Part shown: positions 36,474 to 48,094 of the stretch, piece by piece | How the letters are laid out: each line of letters opens with the position of its first letter | How positions within the stretch are numbered: the first letter of the stretch is position 1 | Assembly (NCBI GenBank): GCA_963822965.1 | Contig: CAWGJT010000008.1 | Location: forward strand, 64,001-128,000 | Source: an uncultured delta proteobacterium | Lineage (GTDB): Bacteria > Myxococcota_A > UBA9160 > UBA4427 | DNA: 64,000 nt | Reading direction: 5' to 3' | Notes under the pieces: model-generated | Databases searched by the model: none | What the model saw: only the letters and a program-made list of their open reading frames with translations | What the model was told of the DNA's origin: nothing | Position numbers and translations under genes: made by a program

Positions 36474-36621
36474 GGGTCGCGTCCTTCTCGCACCTCCCGC
36501 GCGCTTCCCGGTCGCGTGGTGGGCCGAGCAGCGCGCGCTTGGCGTGCGCCGGCCGATGTGGCAGTCTGCGCGGGCGCTCCTGGCGCCGAACGATTGCCCG
36601 AGTGAGCCGAAGGCGGACCGC

Positions 36622-38370
36622 ATGAAGCGAGGGGCCCTGCTGCGGATCGGAATCCTTTGCGCGCTCGCGCTCGCGCTGATCCTGTGGTCGTTGCGGTCCG
36701 CCTCCGGTCCCGTCATCGAGAAGGGCAGCACCGTCATCCTCGAGATCGGCGGAGGATACGTGGAGGCCCCCACGGCTCCGCTGCTCGCACGCCTGATGGG
36801 TGAGCAGCACGCGCCCTTCGTCTCGCTGCTCAGCCGCTTCGCGCTGCTCGAGCGCGACGAGCGGGTGGGGACGGTCGTCCTGCACGTGAAGTCCCTGGAG
36901 GTGGGCTGGGGGAAGGCCGAGGAGATGCGCGCCGCGATCGCGCGCGTGCGCGCGGCCGGCCACAAGACGATCGCCTTTCTCGAGCTGACGTCGTTCAGCC
37001 CCAACATCGAGTACTTCGTGGCGAGCGCGGCCGACGAGATCCAGGTGCCGCCGGGCAGCGCCCTGCCCATGGTGGGGCTGGCGGCGGAGCACCTCTATCT
37101 CGGCGGGCTCTTCGAGAAGCTCGGGGTCCAGATCGAGGTCGCGAAGGTCGGCAAGTTCAAGAGCGCCGCCGAGAGTCTGGCGGCGAAGCAGATGTCGGAG
37201 CCGGCACGCCTGCAGGCCAACGCGCTGCTCGACTCGACGTACGAGCGCTTCGTGGCGGGCATCGCGGAGGGGCGCGGGCTCACCCCGGAGCGTGTCCGCC
37301 AGACGATCGACGAGGGTCCGACGAGTCCCGAGGCGCTGCGCGAGGCGGGCTTCATCGACGGCATCGGACACCTGGCCGAGATCACGGACGCGATCGGTGC
37401 GCCCGTCGTGTCCAACGAAGACTACCAGGGCGTCACCGCCGAGGACGTGGGCTTCGAGGAGAGCGCGGAGTTCGCGCTGGTCTACGGCTCGGGCAACGTC
37501 GTGAGTGGAAAGGGACAGATCTCCCGAACCGGCCAGCCCGTATGCGCTTCCGAGACGGTGAGCAAGGCGCTGCTCGACGCGGCGGACGACCCGCGGTTCC
37601 GGGCCATCATCCTGCGCATCGACAGCCCGGGCGGCTCGGCGCTGGCGTCGGAGATGATCTGGGACGCGCTCCAGCGGGCGCGCAAGTCGGGAAAGCCGGT
37701 GATCGCCTCGCTGTCGGACGTGGGTGCCTCGGGTGGCTACTACGTGGCGGCGGGCGCCGACGCGATCGTCGCGCCCGCCCTGTCGATCACCGGCTCGATC
37801 GGCGTCTTCGCCCTGCGCCCGGTGGTCGGGGGGCTGCTGCACGAGGCCGGGATCGGCGTGGAGTCGATGACCCGGGGCAAGCACGCGGACTTCTACCTGT
37901 CGGCGGCGCCCCTCTCCGAGGGTGCCAGCGCCCGCATGCAGGAGCTGGTGGAGGACACCTACGAGCTCTTCGTCGAGCGCGTCGCCGCCGGGCGCAAGAT
38001 GACCCCCGCGGCCGTGAAGAAGATCGCCCAGGGCCGCGTCTGGACCGGCACCCAGGCTCTCGACGTCGGGCTCGTGGACGAGCTCGGCGGGCTGCACGCG
38101 GCCGTCGAACGGGCGCGTAGTGCGCTCGGCATCGCCGCCGACGCCGACATCGCCCTGATCCCCTATCCGCCGGCAGCGACCCTGGCCGACCAGATCCGGG
38201 AGGTGATGGGGGCGCGGATCTCGGACTGGCTCGAGTCCTCGGTGCTCTCCTCCCTGGTGGACGCGTCCGCGCCGCCCTCCCGGGCTCTGCGAGAGCTGCG
38301 CGCCTTCGTTGGCCTGATGCCCGTCAACCAGCCCCTCGCGCTGGCGCCCCTGCTGCCCGACATCCGCTGA
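36622..38370 (+). CDS. sppA: Signal peptide peptidase SppA (protease IV), long form
   Basis: N-terminal TM, GKFKSAAE, LRIDSPGGSALAS, ASGGYYVA, ITGSIGVF, AQGRVWTG, GLVDELGG. Confidence 0.95.
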   Translation: MKRGALLRIGILCALALALILWSLRSASGPVIEKGSTVILEIGGGYVEAPTAPLLARLMGEQHAPFVSLLSRFALLERDERVGTVVLHVKSLEVGWGKAEEMRAAIARVRAAGHKTIAFLELTSFSPNIEYFVASAADEIQVPPGSALPMVGLAAEHLYLGGLFEKLGVQIEVAKVGKFKSAAESLAAKQMSEPARLQANALLDSTYERFVAGIAEGRGLTPERVRQTIDEGPTSPEALREAGFIDGIGHLAEITDAIGAPVVSNEDYQGVTAEDVGFEESAEFALVYGSGNVVSGKGQISRTGQPVCASETVSKALLDAADDPRFRAIILRIDSPGGSALASEMIWDALQRARKSGKPVIASLSDVGASGGYYVAAGADAIVAPALSITGSIGVFALRPVVGGLLHEAGIGVESMTRGKHADFYLSAAPLSEGASARMQELVEDTYELFVERVAAGRKMTPAAVKKIAQGRVWTGTQALDVGLVDELGGLHAAVERARSALGIAADADIALIPYPPAATLADQIREVMGARISDWLESSVLSSLVDASAPPSRALRELRAFVGLMPVNQPLALAPLLPDIR

Positions 38371-38499
38371 TTCCGGTCGTGCGGGCGGGCTCGTGGGGCG
38401 GCGCGTGCGCCGTGTCCCTCGCGCAGGCTCGTGTCGGTGGCGCGCGTCGATCGGATAAGATGTGCAGGCCGCGTCGCCGCGCGGCGACGGAGGGCGGCC

Positions 38500-38922
38500 A
38501 TGCATCTGGTGGAACGCTTCGAGGTGTCGCGACCCCGCGACGAGGTGGTGGATCTTCTCTGCTGCGACGAGACCCTGCTCGAGCTGATGTCCCAGGGCGA
38601 GACGGAGATCGTCGCCAGCGACGGAGATCGCCGCACCACGCGCACGCGTTACACGGCTCTCGGTCGCGAGGGGGTGCTCACCTTCCACTTCACGTTCCTG
38701 CTGGACGGCGGTGTGCGCTTCGAGAAGGTCTGCGACGGCAACGTGTGGAAGAAGCTGGAGGGCTCGGTCTCCGTCGAGGAGATCGACGACGAGTGCTGCG
38801 AGGTCCGGGTCGAGCTCTCGGGCAGGACCAAGTCGTTCGTTCCGGAGTTCACCATCAAGGGCCCGATGGAGGAGCAGATCCGCAGCATGACCGAGGCGCT
38901 GGAGGAGCGCCTGCAGGCCTGA
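38500..38922 (+). CDS. SRPBCC/START-like small protein
   Basis: 140 aa with a helix-grip-like pattern and a long C-terminal helix; RBS GGAGG. Confidence 0.55.
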   Translation: MHLVERFEVSRPRDEVVDLLCCDETLLELMSQGETEIVASDGDRRTTRTRYTALGREGVLTFHFTFLLDGGVRFEKVCDGNVWKKLEGSVSVEEIDDECCEVRVELSGRTKSFVPEFTIKGPMEEQIRSMTEALEERLQA

Positions 38923-39767
38923 TGGGAAGCGTCGTCACCGCCGACGGCCTGCGGCTGCACGTGGAGGCGCATCCCGAAGCGCCGGGACGGGCCGGAGACG
39001 GCCGCATCCCGATCCTCTTCTCGTGCGCCTTCTCCACCACCCTCGAGAACTGGCGCCCCCAGGTGGAGCCGCTCACCCGTGCGGGAGCCCGCGTGATCCT
39101 GTGGGACTACCGCGGGCACGGAAGCTCCGACGCACCCCACGATCCCGCGGCCTACACACTGGACCGGGTGCTCGACGACCTCGGTCGCGTGCTGGACGAG
39201 ACGGCTCCCGGTGAGCCGGTCGTGCTGGCGGGACTCTCCTTCGGCGGGTTGGCGTCGCTCCACTTCGCCGCGCGCCATCCGGAGCGGGTTCGCGCTCTGG
39301 TTCTGGTGGCTGCCGGGCCGGGCTTCAAGAATCCCGAGGCGGCCGCGCGCTGGCAGGCGCGCACGGATCGGACCGCCGAGCTCATCGAGACCCGCGGCTT
39401 CGAGGCCTTCGTGCACGGAAAGGCCGGACCGACGTGCATCGGCGGTCGGCCGGAGCTGCCGGCGGCGCGCGCCGCCGCCCGGGCCATGGTCGCTCAGGAC
39501 CCCGTGGCGGTGGGTCTCTTCGCACGTCGGGTCGCGGGGCCGGCGCCCTCGGTGATCGACGCCCTGGCAAAGATCGACGTGCCGGCGCTCGTGGTGGTCG
39601 GCGAGCACGACACCGCCTTCCACCAGGCGGCCGAGGTGATGGCCAGCAAGCTCCCCCGCGCGCGCAGCGAGCGGGTCGCCGGGGGCGGACACATCCTGAA
39701 CATCGAGGTCGCGCCGCGATTCGACGCCTTGGTGACGGACTTCCTGCGGTCCCTGCCGGCACCCTGA
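38922..39767 (+). CDS. Alpha/beta fold hydrolase
   Basis: WDYRGHGSS, GLSFGG nucleophile elbow, VGEHD, GGGHILN. Confidence 0.92.
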   Translation: MGSVVTADGLRLHVEAHPEAPGRAGDGRIPILFSCAFSTTLENWRPQVEPLTRAGARVILWDYRGHGSSDAPHDPAAYTLDRVLDDLGRVLDETAPGEPVVLAGLSFGGLASLHFAARHPERVRALVLVAAGPGFKNPEAAARWQARTDRTAELIETRGFEAFVHGKAGPTCIGGRPELPAARAAARAMVAQDPVAVGLFARRVAGPAPSVIDALAKIDVPALVVVGEHDTAFHQAAEVMASKLPRARSERVAGGGHILNIEVAPRFDALVTDFLRSLPAP

Positions 39768-39850
39768 CCGCTGCCGGTGGGCTGCCGGGGGTGGCGTCCG
39801 GCGCGAAACCTCTCGCGACCTCGCGGGTTGAAGAGGAGCGGAGGAAGCTC

Positions 39851-40495
39851 TTGGGTGGTTCGCGCGACCGGGGCGACCGGGACGAGGACGTCCTGCTGAT
39901 GCTCGCCCTGTCACGGGGCGACGACGCGGCGTTCGACGTCCTGTTCTCGCGTTGGGCGGGCCGCCTGCTCGGCTACCTGCAGCGGATGGTCTTCGATGCC
40001 GGCACCGCCGAGGAGCTCGTCCAGGAGGCGTTCCTGCGGGTGTATCGGGCACGCGAAAGCTACCAGGCGGAGTCGCGCTTCTCGACGTGGCTGTACCGGA
40101 TCGCGACGAACCTCGCCCTCAACGAGCTGCGGCGGCCGCGAAGGCGTCGCCCTCATGCCAGCACGGACGACGAAGCCGCGCCGATCCCGCTCTTCGCGAC
40201 GGGCCCCGCACCGGACACCGCCGCGCACGCGCGGCTCGCCGTCGCCGGTCTCGAGGGCGCGCTCGAGCGGCTCCCCGAGCGGCAGCGGATGGCGCTCTGG
40301 CTGGCGGCCGTCGAGGGATGCTCCTACGCGGAGGTGGCGGTCTCGCTCGGGACGACGGAGAAGTCCGTGAAGTCGCTGGTGCACCGAGCGCGGGTCGCGC
40401 TCGTCGAGCATCTCCCGCGTTCGGCCGCCGGCGGTGCGAGAGATGCGACGACCCACAAGCCGGCAGCCCGAAGGGGCAGGGAGGTAGGCTCGTGA
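39851..40495 (+). CDS. ECF-type RNA polymerase sigma factor
   Basis: AEELVQEAFLRVY, FSTWLYRIATN, LPERQR, SYAEVA...VKSLVHRAR. Confidence 0.93.
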   Translation: MGGSRDRGDRDEDVLLMLALSRGDDAAFDVLFSRWAGRLLGYLQRMVFDAGTAEELVQEAFLRVYRARESYQAESRFSTWLYRIATNLALNELRRPRRRRPHASTDDEAAPIPLFATGPAPDTAAHARLAVAGLEGALERLPERQRMALWLAAVEGCSYAEVAVSLGTTEKSVKSLVHRARVALVEHLPRSAAGGARDATTHKPAARRGREVGS

Positions 40496-41013
40496 CCGAG
40501 GTGGATCGGGCCGAAGGGCTCGACGTGGACCTGTCGGCCTGGATCGACGGCGAGCTCGAGCCCGAGCACGAAGCGGAGCTGCGTGCGCACCTGGCCGCCG
40601 AGCCCGAGCTCGCGGCGCGCCTGGCCGCCTTCGAGCAGGTGGACACCGCCGTGCGATCACTGCCCATGCCGGAGCCCACCGCGAGCCTGCGGGCGGGTCT
40701 GCGTGAGCGGATTCGCGCGGAGGGCGCACACGTGACGCGCGTCGGCCGCCGCCGCGCGTTGTGGCTGGGCGCGGCCTTCGCGGCTGCCGCCGCGCTGCTG
40801 CTCTTCCTGCTGATGCCGGAGGCCGCGCGTCCGCCCTCCAACCCGGTCGACGGTCGGAGCCTGGCGACCGGCGAGACCGGCGACCTGGAGCAGGCCAGCG
40901 ACGAGGAGATCGGAATCGCCCTCGACTACGAAACCCTGGCGGATCTCGACGTGATCGAGGATCTCGAGCTGCTCGAGCTGATGGTCGAGCTGGAGGACGC
41001 CGACCGCGGCTGA
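40492..41013 (+). CDS. Membrane-anchored anti-sigma factor
   Basis: LSAWIDGEL...AHL anti-sigma N-domain, one TM segment; 4-bp overlap with the sigma gene. Confidence 0.8.
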   Translation: MTEVDRAEGLDVDLSAWIDGELEPEHEAELRAHLAAEPELAARLAAFEQVDTAVRSLPMPEPTASLRAGLRERIRAEGAHVTRVGRRRALWLGAAFAAAAALLLFLLMPEAARPPSNPVDGRSLATGETGDLEQASDEEIGIALDYETLADLDVIEDLELLELMVELEDADRG

Positions 41014-41778
41014 ATGCACTGCCTGCTTCGATTCAGACGACGCGCCAGACGCGGTCCCGGACGATCTGCCGGACGGTCGCCCGATGCCTGGGTGTCGGTG
41101 GGCTTCGGTCCGCTCGGCCGGGCGGGCGCCGCGTTGCTCATCGCGCTCCTGTGGCTCCCGTTGGCGGGGCATGCGGCGCGCGCCGGGTCCGACACCGACG
41201 CCCCGCTGCTGGAGACGTCTCTGCCGGACGGGCCCGGACCCGGGAGCCGGTTCCAGCAGCGACTCGAGCGGCGTCGCGAGCGCCTGCAGCGCTTCCTCGA
41301 CGCGCTTCCGGAAGCCGAGCGCCAGCACTACGAGCAGCGCATCCAGGAGCTCGAGCGAGGGCGCGATTCCTTCGCCGAGCTCTCGCCGGCGGAGCGCGAC
41401 GAGCTGCGGGCGAAGTGGCGCGCCCTGCGCGACGAGCTGCAGGGCCGCCGCTGGCAGGCTCGGCAGGAGCTGCGCTCCCTGCCGCCCGCCGAGCGCCGCG
41501 AGCTCGTCCGCAAGCTCCGGCGGTTCCGGGACCTGCCGGAATCCGAGCAGCGGGCGCTGCGCGAGCGCTACCACCTGCTGCAGGAGCTGACGCCCGCGGA
41601 GCGCGAGCGGCTGCGCGAGAATGCCCGGCGCTGGAACGAGATGTCCCCCGAGCGTCGCGAGCGGCTGCGCGCGCAGCAGCAGCGGCTGCGCGCGCTCCCG
41701 CCCGAGGAGCGGCAGCAGCTGCTGGAGACGCTTCGGGATCGCCGCCGGAGCGCCGACGCCGCCGCCGACGTACCCTGA
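41014..41778 (+). CDS. DUF3106-like exported protein with L(S/P/T)PxER helical repeats
   Basis: Signal-like segment, then repeats LSPAER, LPPAER, LPESEQ, LTPAER, MSPERR, LPPEER. Confidence 0.75.
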   Translation: MHCLLRFRRRARRGPGRSAGRSPDAWVSVGFGPLGRAGAALLIALLWLPLAGHAARAGSDTDAPLLETSLPDGPGPGSRFQQRLERRRERLQRFLDALPEAERQHYEQRIQELERGRDSFAELSPAERDELRAKWRALRDELQGRRWQARQELRSLPPAERRELVRKLRRFRDLPESEQRALRERYHLLQELTPAERERLRENARRWNEMSPERRERLRAQQQRLRALPPEERQQLLETLRDRRRSADAAADVP

Positions 41779-41958
41779 TCGGCCGCCGCGCGCGGCTAGG
41801 AGCCAGACCCAAGACACCTCGCGCCGCCCTGACGCCGATGCATCGCCGCTGGCTGCGTTGCGCTGCGTCGCCGTAGGCCGCGCTACGGCCTCCTCACGCG
41901 CCTTGCCAGTGGCGCGCCTCGACGCCAGGGCTTTCCACGGGAGTCTTGGAACTGACAC

Positions 41959-43491
41959 CTAGGAGCGGCCGGAGTCCGGGACGTCGATCCCCTGGGCGCG
42001 CGCAACCGCGAGCAGATCGCCCAGGCCGCGCTTGAAGTGCGCCGCCTGGAACCCCTCGCGCTGCATCAGCTCGGCGAGGTGGGCGCTCTTGAGGCCGAAC
42101 TCGCAGTAGATCACGTACGGCCGGTCCTTCGGCATCGACGGATGGGCGCGCAGGGCCGTCGCGAAGTCGAGGAACAGGGCGTCGGGGTAGTGCCAGGCCT
42201 GATAGGCGGCCTTCGAGCGGAGGTCGATCACCGTGGTCCCGGGCGGGATCTCTCGGGCCTCGAGCTCGGGCATCTCCATCGCCGCCAGGTCGAGCTCGCG
42301 CAGATCCAGGACGCTGCGCTCGGCGACGACCCGCTCGAGGATGGTCGGGTCGAGTCGCTTCTCCTGCTCCTGGATGTCGGCGAGCGAGGCCGCCGTCGCG
42401 GGCTTTCCGGGCACGATCGCGCAGTACTCGCCCACCTGCTTCGACAGCTCGTAGGTGCCGATGTTGCGGGCGAGCTGGAGGATCTCGTCCTTGTTGAAGC
42501 CGACGAGCGGCCGCAGGATGGGAAGCCGCGTGGCTTCGGAGACGGTGGCCAGATTGCGCAGGGTCTGCGAGGACACCTGCCCCACCGCGTCGCCGGTGAC
42601 GATGGCCTCGGCGTATCGCTCGTGGGCGACGCGCTCCGCGGCCTGCAGCATCAGCCGCTTGAGGACGACCTGCCAGTAGCGTTGGGAGACCCGGGCCTGC
42701 AGCTCGCGGCTGACGGGGTCGAAGTCGACCGCGTGCAGATGGGGCCGCGCGCCGTACGACCAGTCCCGGGCGAGCACTTCGAGGACGCGCACCGCTTCGA
42801 GCTGGTGCGAGCGACCGCCGAGATTGCAGAAGACGTAGTCGAGACCGATGCCGCGCTTCAGCATCAGCCAGGCGGCGACCACCGAGTCGAAGCCGCCGGA
42901 GACCAGCGAGACGGCGTTGCCCTCGACGCCGAGCGGAAGTCCCCCCGGACCGGGAAGCCGCTCGTCGAAGAAGTAGGCCTCGCCGGGCATCAGCTCGACG
43001 TACGCCGTCACCTCGGGATGCGTGAGGTCCACGCGGGCCGCGCCGGGCAGCAGCGCGGTGCCGAGTGCCCGCTCGAGGTCCGAGCCGCCCACCGGAATGC
43101 GGCTGCGATCCCCCACCCTTCGCACGCGGACCGCGAAGCGGCGGTCCCGCACCCGCTCGGCGAAGAGCTCGCGACCGGCGCGGACGAGGTCTTCCAGGCT
43201 GCTCCACGTCCGGTGCTCGGCCACGGAGATCGACTGCGCGCCATAGACGCGCGCGAGCGCGGCGGGGTCGACGGCGCCGTCCGCCTCGATCACGATGCGG
43301 TCGCGGGTGCGGGTCACCCGGGCCCCGCTTCGTGCCGGGCCGAGGGCGTCCCGCAGGTTGCGCGCGAGCCGCTTGGTGAACTGCTGGCGCGTGGCCCGCG
43401 CCTTGGTGGTGATGTCGCCGCTGTAGCGGACGAGGATCCGGGCGCGATCGTGCCCGGCGGCGTTCTCGTCGGGCGGTGCGGTCGAGGACAT
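41959..43491 (-). CDS. thiI: tRNA 4-thiouridine synthase ThiI with C-terminal rhodanese domain
   Basis: THUMP region, GPGGLPLG, SGGFDS PP-loop, TGDAVGQVSSQTL, RPLVGFNK, EYC, YCEFGLKS. Confidence 0.95.
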   Translation of the reverse strand: MSSTAPPDENAAGHDRARILVRYSGDITTKARATRQQFTKRLARNLRDALGPARSGARVTRTRDRIVIEADGAVDPAALARVYGAQSISVAEHRTWSSLEDLVRAGRELFAERVRDRRFAVRVRRVGDRSRIPVGGSDLERALGTALLPGAARVDLTHPEVTAYVELMPGEAYFFDERLPGPGGLPLGVEGNAVSLVSGGFDSVVAAWLMLKRGIGLDYVFCNLGGRSHQLEAVRVLEVLARDWSYGARPHLHAVDFDPVSRELQARVSQRYWQVVLKRLMLQAAERVAHERYAEAIVTGDAVGQVSSQTLRNLATVSEATRLPILRPLVGFNKDEILQLARNIGTYELSKQVGEYCAIVPGKPATAASLADIQEQEKRLDPTILERVVAERSVLDLRELDLAAMEMPELEAREIPPGTTVIDLRSKAAYQAWHYPDALFLDFATALRAHPSMPKDRPYVIYCEFGLKSAHLAELMQREGFQAAHFKRGLGDLLAVARAQGIDVPDSGRS

Positions 43492-43594
43492 GGCGGGAAC
43501 ATACTCCGGCGCGAGGGGGGCGTACGGTCTGGGGCATCATGGACGAGTCGGTCGGCCTGCGGGGGCCCGGAAGACGGCGCATCGGGGAGGGCGC

Positions 43595-44278
43595 GTGGGA
43601 GCCGGATGGGGGGACGGTCGCAGGAGGCGCTGGCACCGGTGGTGCCTGCTGCCCGCCCTGCTGCTCGCCTGCAGCCACCAGGCGGCTCCTCCCGATCCCG
43701 GACGCGGCGACCGCGAGGACGGGGACGCGGCCCTCGCCCAGGGACACCCCGACGAGGCCGTGGCCGCCTACCGCCGGGCTCTCGGGGTGGCTCCCGAGGA
43801 CCTGGGCGCGCTGCGAGGGCTGATGGCCGCCGAGGTCGCGGCTGGCGACGCCGAGGCTGCGCTCGAGACGCTGGCCCGGCTGGCGGCGGGGGATCCGGAG
43901 CCCGTGGATCCCTGCCCGGCTCTCGAGCTGGCCTCGAGGAGACGCCTGGAGCGGGGCGATCTCGCCGGTTCCGAGCAGGCTTCCCGCGGGGGCATCAAGG
44001 CTCGTTGCACGGGCTCGGACCTCCGGCTCGCACGGGTCCTCGACGAGCAGGCGGTGGTGGCTCGCTCCGCGGGCGATCTCGAGGCGGCGCTCGCCCTGGA
44101 GCGAGAGGCGATCGCCCTCGACCCGGGCCAGCCGGCCCGCTTCGAGCGCGCCGCGGAGCTTCTCCTCGACGAGGACCGGGTGGAGGAGGCCGTCACCCTG
44201 CTCGCGAGCGGGCTCGAGCAGCATCCCGAGGATCGCGAGCTGCGCGATCTGATGGTCCGAGCGCTCTCGATTCGCTAA
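43595..44278 (+). CDS. TPR-repeat lipoprotein
   Basis: RBS GGGAGG + GTG; lipobox LLLA-C; TPR motifs (EAVAAYRRAL, EAIALDPG). Confidence 0.7.
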   Translation: MGAGWGDGRRRRWHRWCLLPALLLACSHQAAPPDPGRGDREDGDAALAQGHPDEAVAAYRRALGVAPEDLGALRGLMAAEVAAGDAEAALETLARLAAGDPEPVDPCPALELASRRRLERGDLAGSEQASRGGIKARCTGSDLRLARVLDEQAVVARSAGDLEAALALEREAIALDPGQPARFERAAELLLDEDRVEEAVTLLASGLEQHPEDRELRDLMVRALSIR

Positions 44279-44382
44279 ACATCGCGGCCGCTTGCGGTGA
44301 CCGTCCGCAGGAGTTTCGCGCCAGCGGCCGCCGCTGATGCGCCGGATCCCCCGGCGAACTGCCTCAACCCCGGAGTAGTCCC

Positions 44383-45476
<1,094 letters not shown>

Positions 45477-45650
45477 ACCTGCTTGCGGGCGCCGGCAGGA
45501 ACGCCCACTATCTGCCGCCGGGAGAAGAGGAAGGGTGAAGGCGCGGCAGCCATGTCACGCCCGGTGCCCCGGGGGCGGGCCAACCAATTCGTCTCCGGAA
45601 CACGATTTTCCGATCGCGTACACACCGCAAGAATCGGAACGAGGGGAAAG

Positions 45651-46175
45651 ATGACGCGACAACCCATTGGACGGGTCTCCATGAAGCTCGCGGCCTGCAT
45701 GATCGCCCTGGGCATGGGCTTTCTCGGCTGCACGACGACGTCCGAGGAAGAGGGCAAGACCGACACGGGAAGTGAGTTCGTGCAGGGCGATCAGGAGGAC
45801 GTCGAGGTCGTCGAGGTCGAGGACACCACCGTGACCGACACCGTCACGCTCGATCTGCAGACGGTCTACTTCGCGTTCGACAGCTCGAGCATCCGCCAGG
45901 ACGCACGCCCGGTGCTGCGCTCGAACGGAGATCAGCTGCGGACGGCGGGTACCGCGGTCCGGCTCGAGGGCTATTGCGACGAGCGGGGCGACGAGGAGTA
46001 CAACCTGGCGCTCGGCGAGCGCCGGGCCAACTCGGTGAAGCAGTACCTGGAGAACCTGGGCGTTCCGGGCTCGCAGATGCGCACGATCTCGTACGGCGAG
46101 GCCAAGCCCGCCGTCCCGGGGCACACCGAGGAAGCGTGGAAGTACAACCGTCGCGTCGAGTTCCATACGCGCTAG
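45651..46175 (+). CDS. pal: Peptidoglycan-associated lipoprotein (OmpA-C domain)
   Basis: Lipobox FLG-C; VYFAFDSS, EGYCDERGDEEYNLALGERRA, ISYGE, NRRVEF. Start 45651 or 45681. Confidence 0.9.
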   Translation: MTRQPIGRVSMKLAACMIALGMGFLGCTTTSEEEGKTDTGSEFVQGDQEDVEVVEVEDTTVTDTVTLDLQTVYFAFDSSSIRQDARPVLRSNGDQLRTAGTAVRLEGYCDERGDEEYNLALGERRANSVKQYLENLGVPGSQMRTISYGEAKPAVPGHTEEAWKYNRRVEFHTR

Positions 46176-46245
46176 CGGTCCGACCCGAGAGGGGTCGGCG
46201 GCCGCGGCATTCGCCCGCGGCTGGCGTACAGGAGCTGTGATGATG

Positions 46246-46280
46246 GAGGCGGGTCGGGCGATGCCCGACCCGCCTCTTTC
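46246..46280 (+). terminator. Probable terminator downstream of pal
   Basis: GAGGCGGGTCGGGC-GAT-GCCCGACCCGCCTC 14-bp perfect stem followed by TTTC. Confidence 0.7.
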
Positions 46281-46354
46281 GTGATACCGTCGTTCGGTCG
46301 CCTTCGTGTACCGTTTTCTGGTTACAGACGGTCACAGACCTGGAGCCCCCCAAC

Positions 46355-48018
46355 ATGTCCGATTCCAATACCGCTCACGGCGGTCAGCTCGCCGCTCGCG
46401 CCCTCAAGCAGGCCGGCGTCGAGGTCGTCTTCACGCTCTCCGGCGGCCACATCATGCCGCTCTACGAAGGCTGCATGGACGAGGGCATCCGCATCGTCGA
46501 CGTGCGCCACGAGCAGGCCGCCGTCCACGCGGCGGACGCCTGGGCGCGCTGCAACCCGGGCCGGATCGGCGTCGCGGCGATCACCGCGGGGCCCGGCGTG
46601 ACCGACGGCGTCACCGGCGTCGCGAACGCCTGGCGCGCGAACTCGCCGATCCTGGTGTTCGGCGGGCAGGGGCCGTTCAACAACCTGCGGCGCGGCTGCC
46701 TGCAGGAGATGGACCACATCGGCGTGATGCGGCCGATCACGAAGTACGCCGACGCCTGCTACGAGACCTACCGCATCCCCGAGTACATCGAGCTCGCGAT
46801 CCGGCACGCGGTCTCGGGCATCGCCCGGCCCGGCCTTCCTCGAGATCCCGATGGACATCTTCATGACGCAGGTGCCGTGGGAGAAGGCGCCGATCCCGCG
46901 GATCCGCACCCAGCCGCCGCGCCTGTCGCCGGACCGTCGCGAGGTGCGCAAGCGCCATCGACGCCCTCGCGCGCGCCGAGCGTCCGATGCTGATGGCCGG
47001 CACGAGCGTGAAGTGGTCGAGCGCCGCCGCCGGCGATGAACGCGCTTCATCGCCGAGACCCACATCCCCACCTACACGAACGGCATGGGTCGCGGCACGG
47101 TTCCGCCGGACTCGCCCGAGTTCCTGAACCGCTCCCGGCGCGACGCGATGAAGCAGATCGACTGCATCGTGCTGGCCGGAACCCTGCTCGACTTCCGCAT
47201 GCGCTTCGGCGCCACGATCCCCACGGACGCGAAGATCATCCAGCTCGACATGGACGCGACGCTGATCGGGCAGAACCGTCAGACCGACGTCCCGCTGGTC
47301 GGCAATCTCGCCTGCTCGCTTCGAGCTGCTCTCCGAGGAGATGAAGAACCAGGGCGTGAAGCTCGACTTCTCGGCCTGGCGCGACGAGCTCCGCGAGATC
47401 GAGAACGCCGCGGAAGCCAAGGTGCAGGCGGCGCTCGACAGCGACGAGTCGCCCGTCGATCCCCAGCGCATGTGCCGCGAGGTGCGCGACTGGCTCGACA
47501 CCCTCGAATCCCCATCGTGATCGGCGACGGCGGCGACATCGTGGCGACCGCCGCCAAGATCATTCCGGTGCGGAGCGAGGGCGCCTGGATGGATCCGGGA
47601 CCGCTCGGCACCCTGGGCGTCGGCATGCCCTTCGCGCTGGCCGCCCAGCTCTCGCACCCGGATCGGCGGGTCGTGATCGTCTACGGCGACGGCTCGTTCG
47701 GCCTGAACGGCTTCGAGTTCGACACCGCCGTGCGCTTCGACCTGCCCATCATCGGCGTGGTGGGCAACGACGCCGCCTGGGGCCAGATGATGCGGCCCCA
47801 GGGCGCGATGATCGGCTGGGACCGGCTCGACGGCACGCTGCTGAACCCCACCCGCTACGACAAGGTCGTCGAGGCGCTCGGCGGTCACGGCGAGCTCGTG
47901 GAGCGGCCCGAGGAGCTGCGTCCGGCCCTCGAGCGCGCCGCGGCCTCGGGCAAGCCCGCGCTGCGTGAACGTGATGATCCGGCAGGATCGCGAGTTCAAG
48001 GGCGGGATCTACGTCTGA
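46355..48018 (+). CDS. Thiamine-diphosphate-dependent enzyme (acetolactate synthase-like / 2-hydroxyacyl-CoA lyase-like), frameshifted
   Basis: HGGQLAA, FTLSGGHI, DVRHEQAAVHAAD, TAGPG, DPGPLGTLGVG, YGDGSFG...GNDAAWG. Confidence 0.88.
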
Positions 48019-48094
48019 GTCCGACCGACCCCGCCGGCAGGCCCGGGAGCCGGAGGTAGCGGCTCCGGAGCCGGCGCCGCTCCACGGGCGGGCG

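Noticed and set aside
46281..46354. TPP riboswitch upstream of the ThDP-dependent enzyme
   Set aside because: A small stem exists, but the conserved CUGAGA and ACCUG...GGGA elements are absent.
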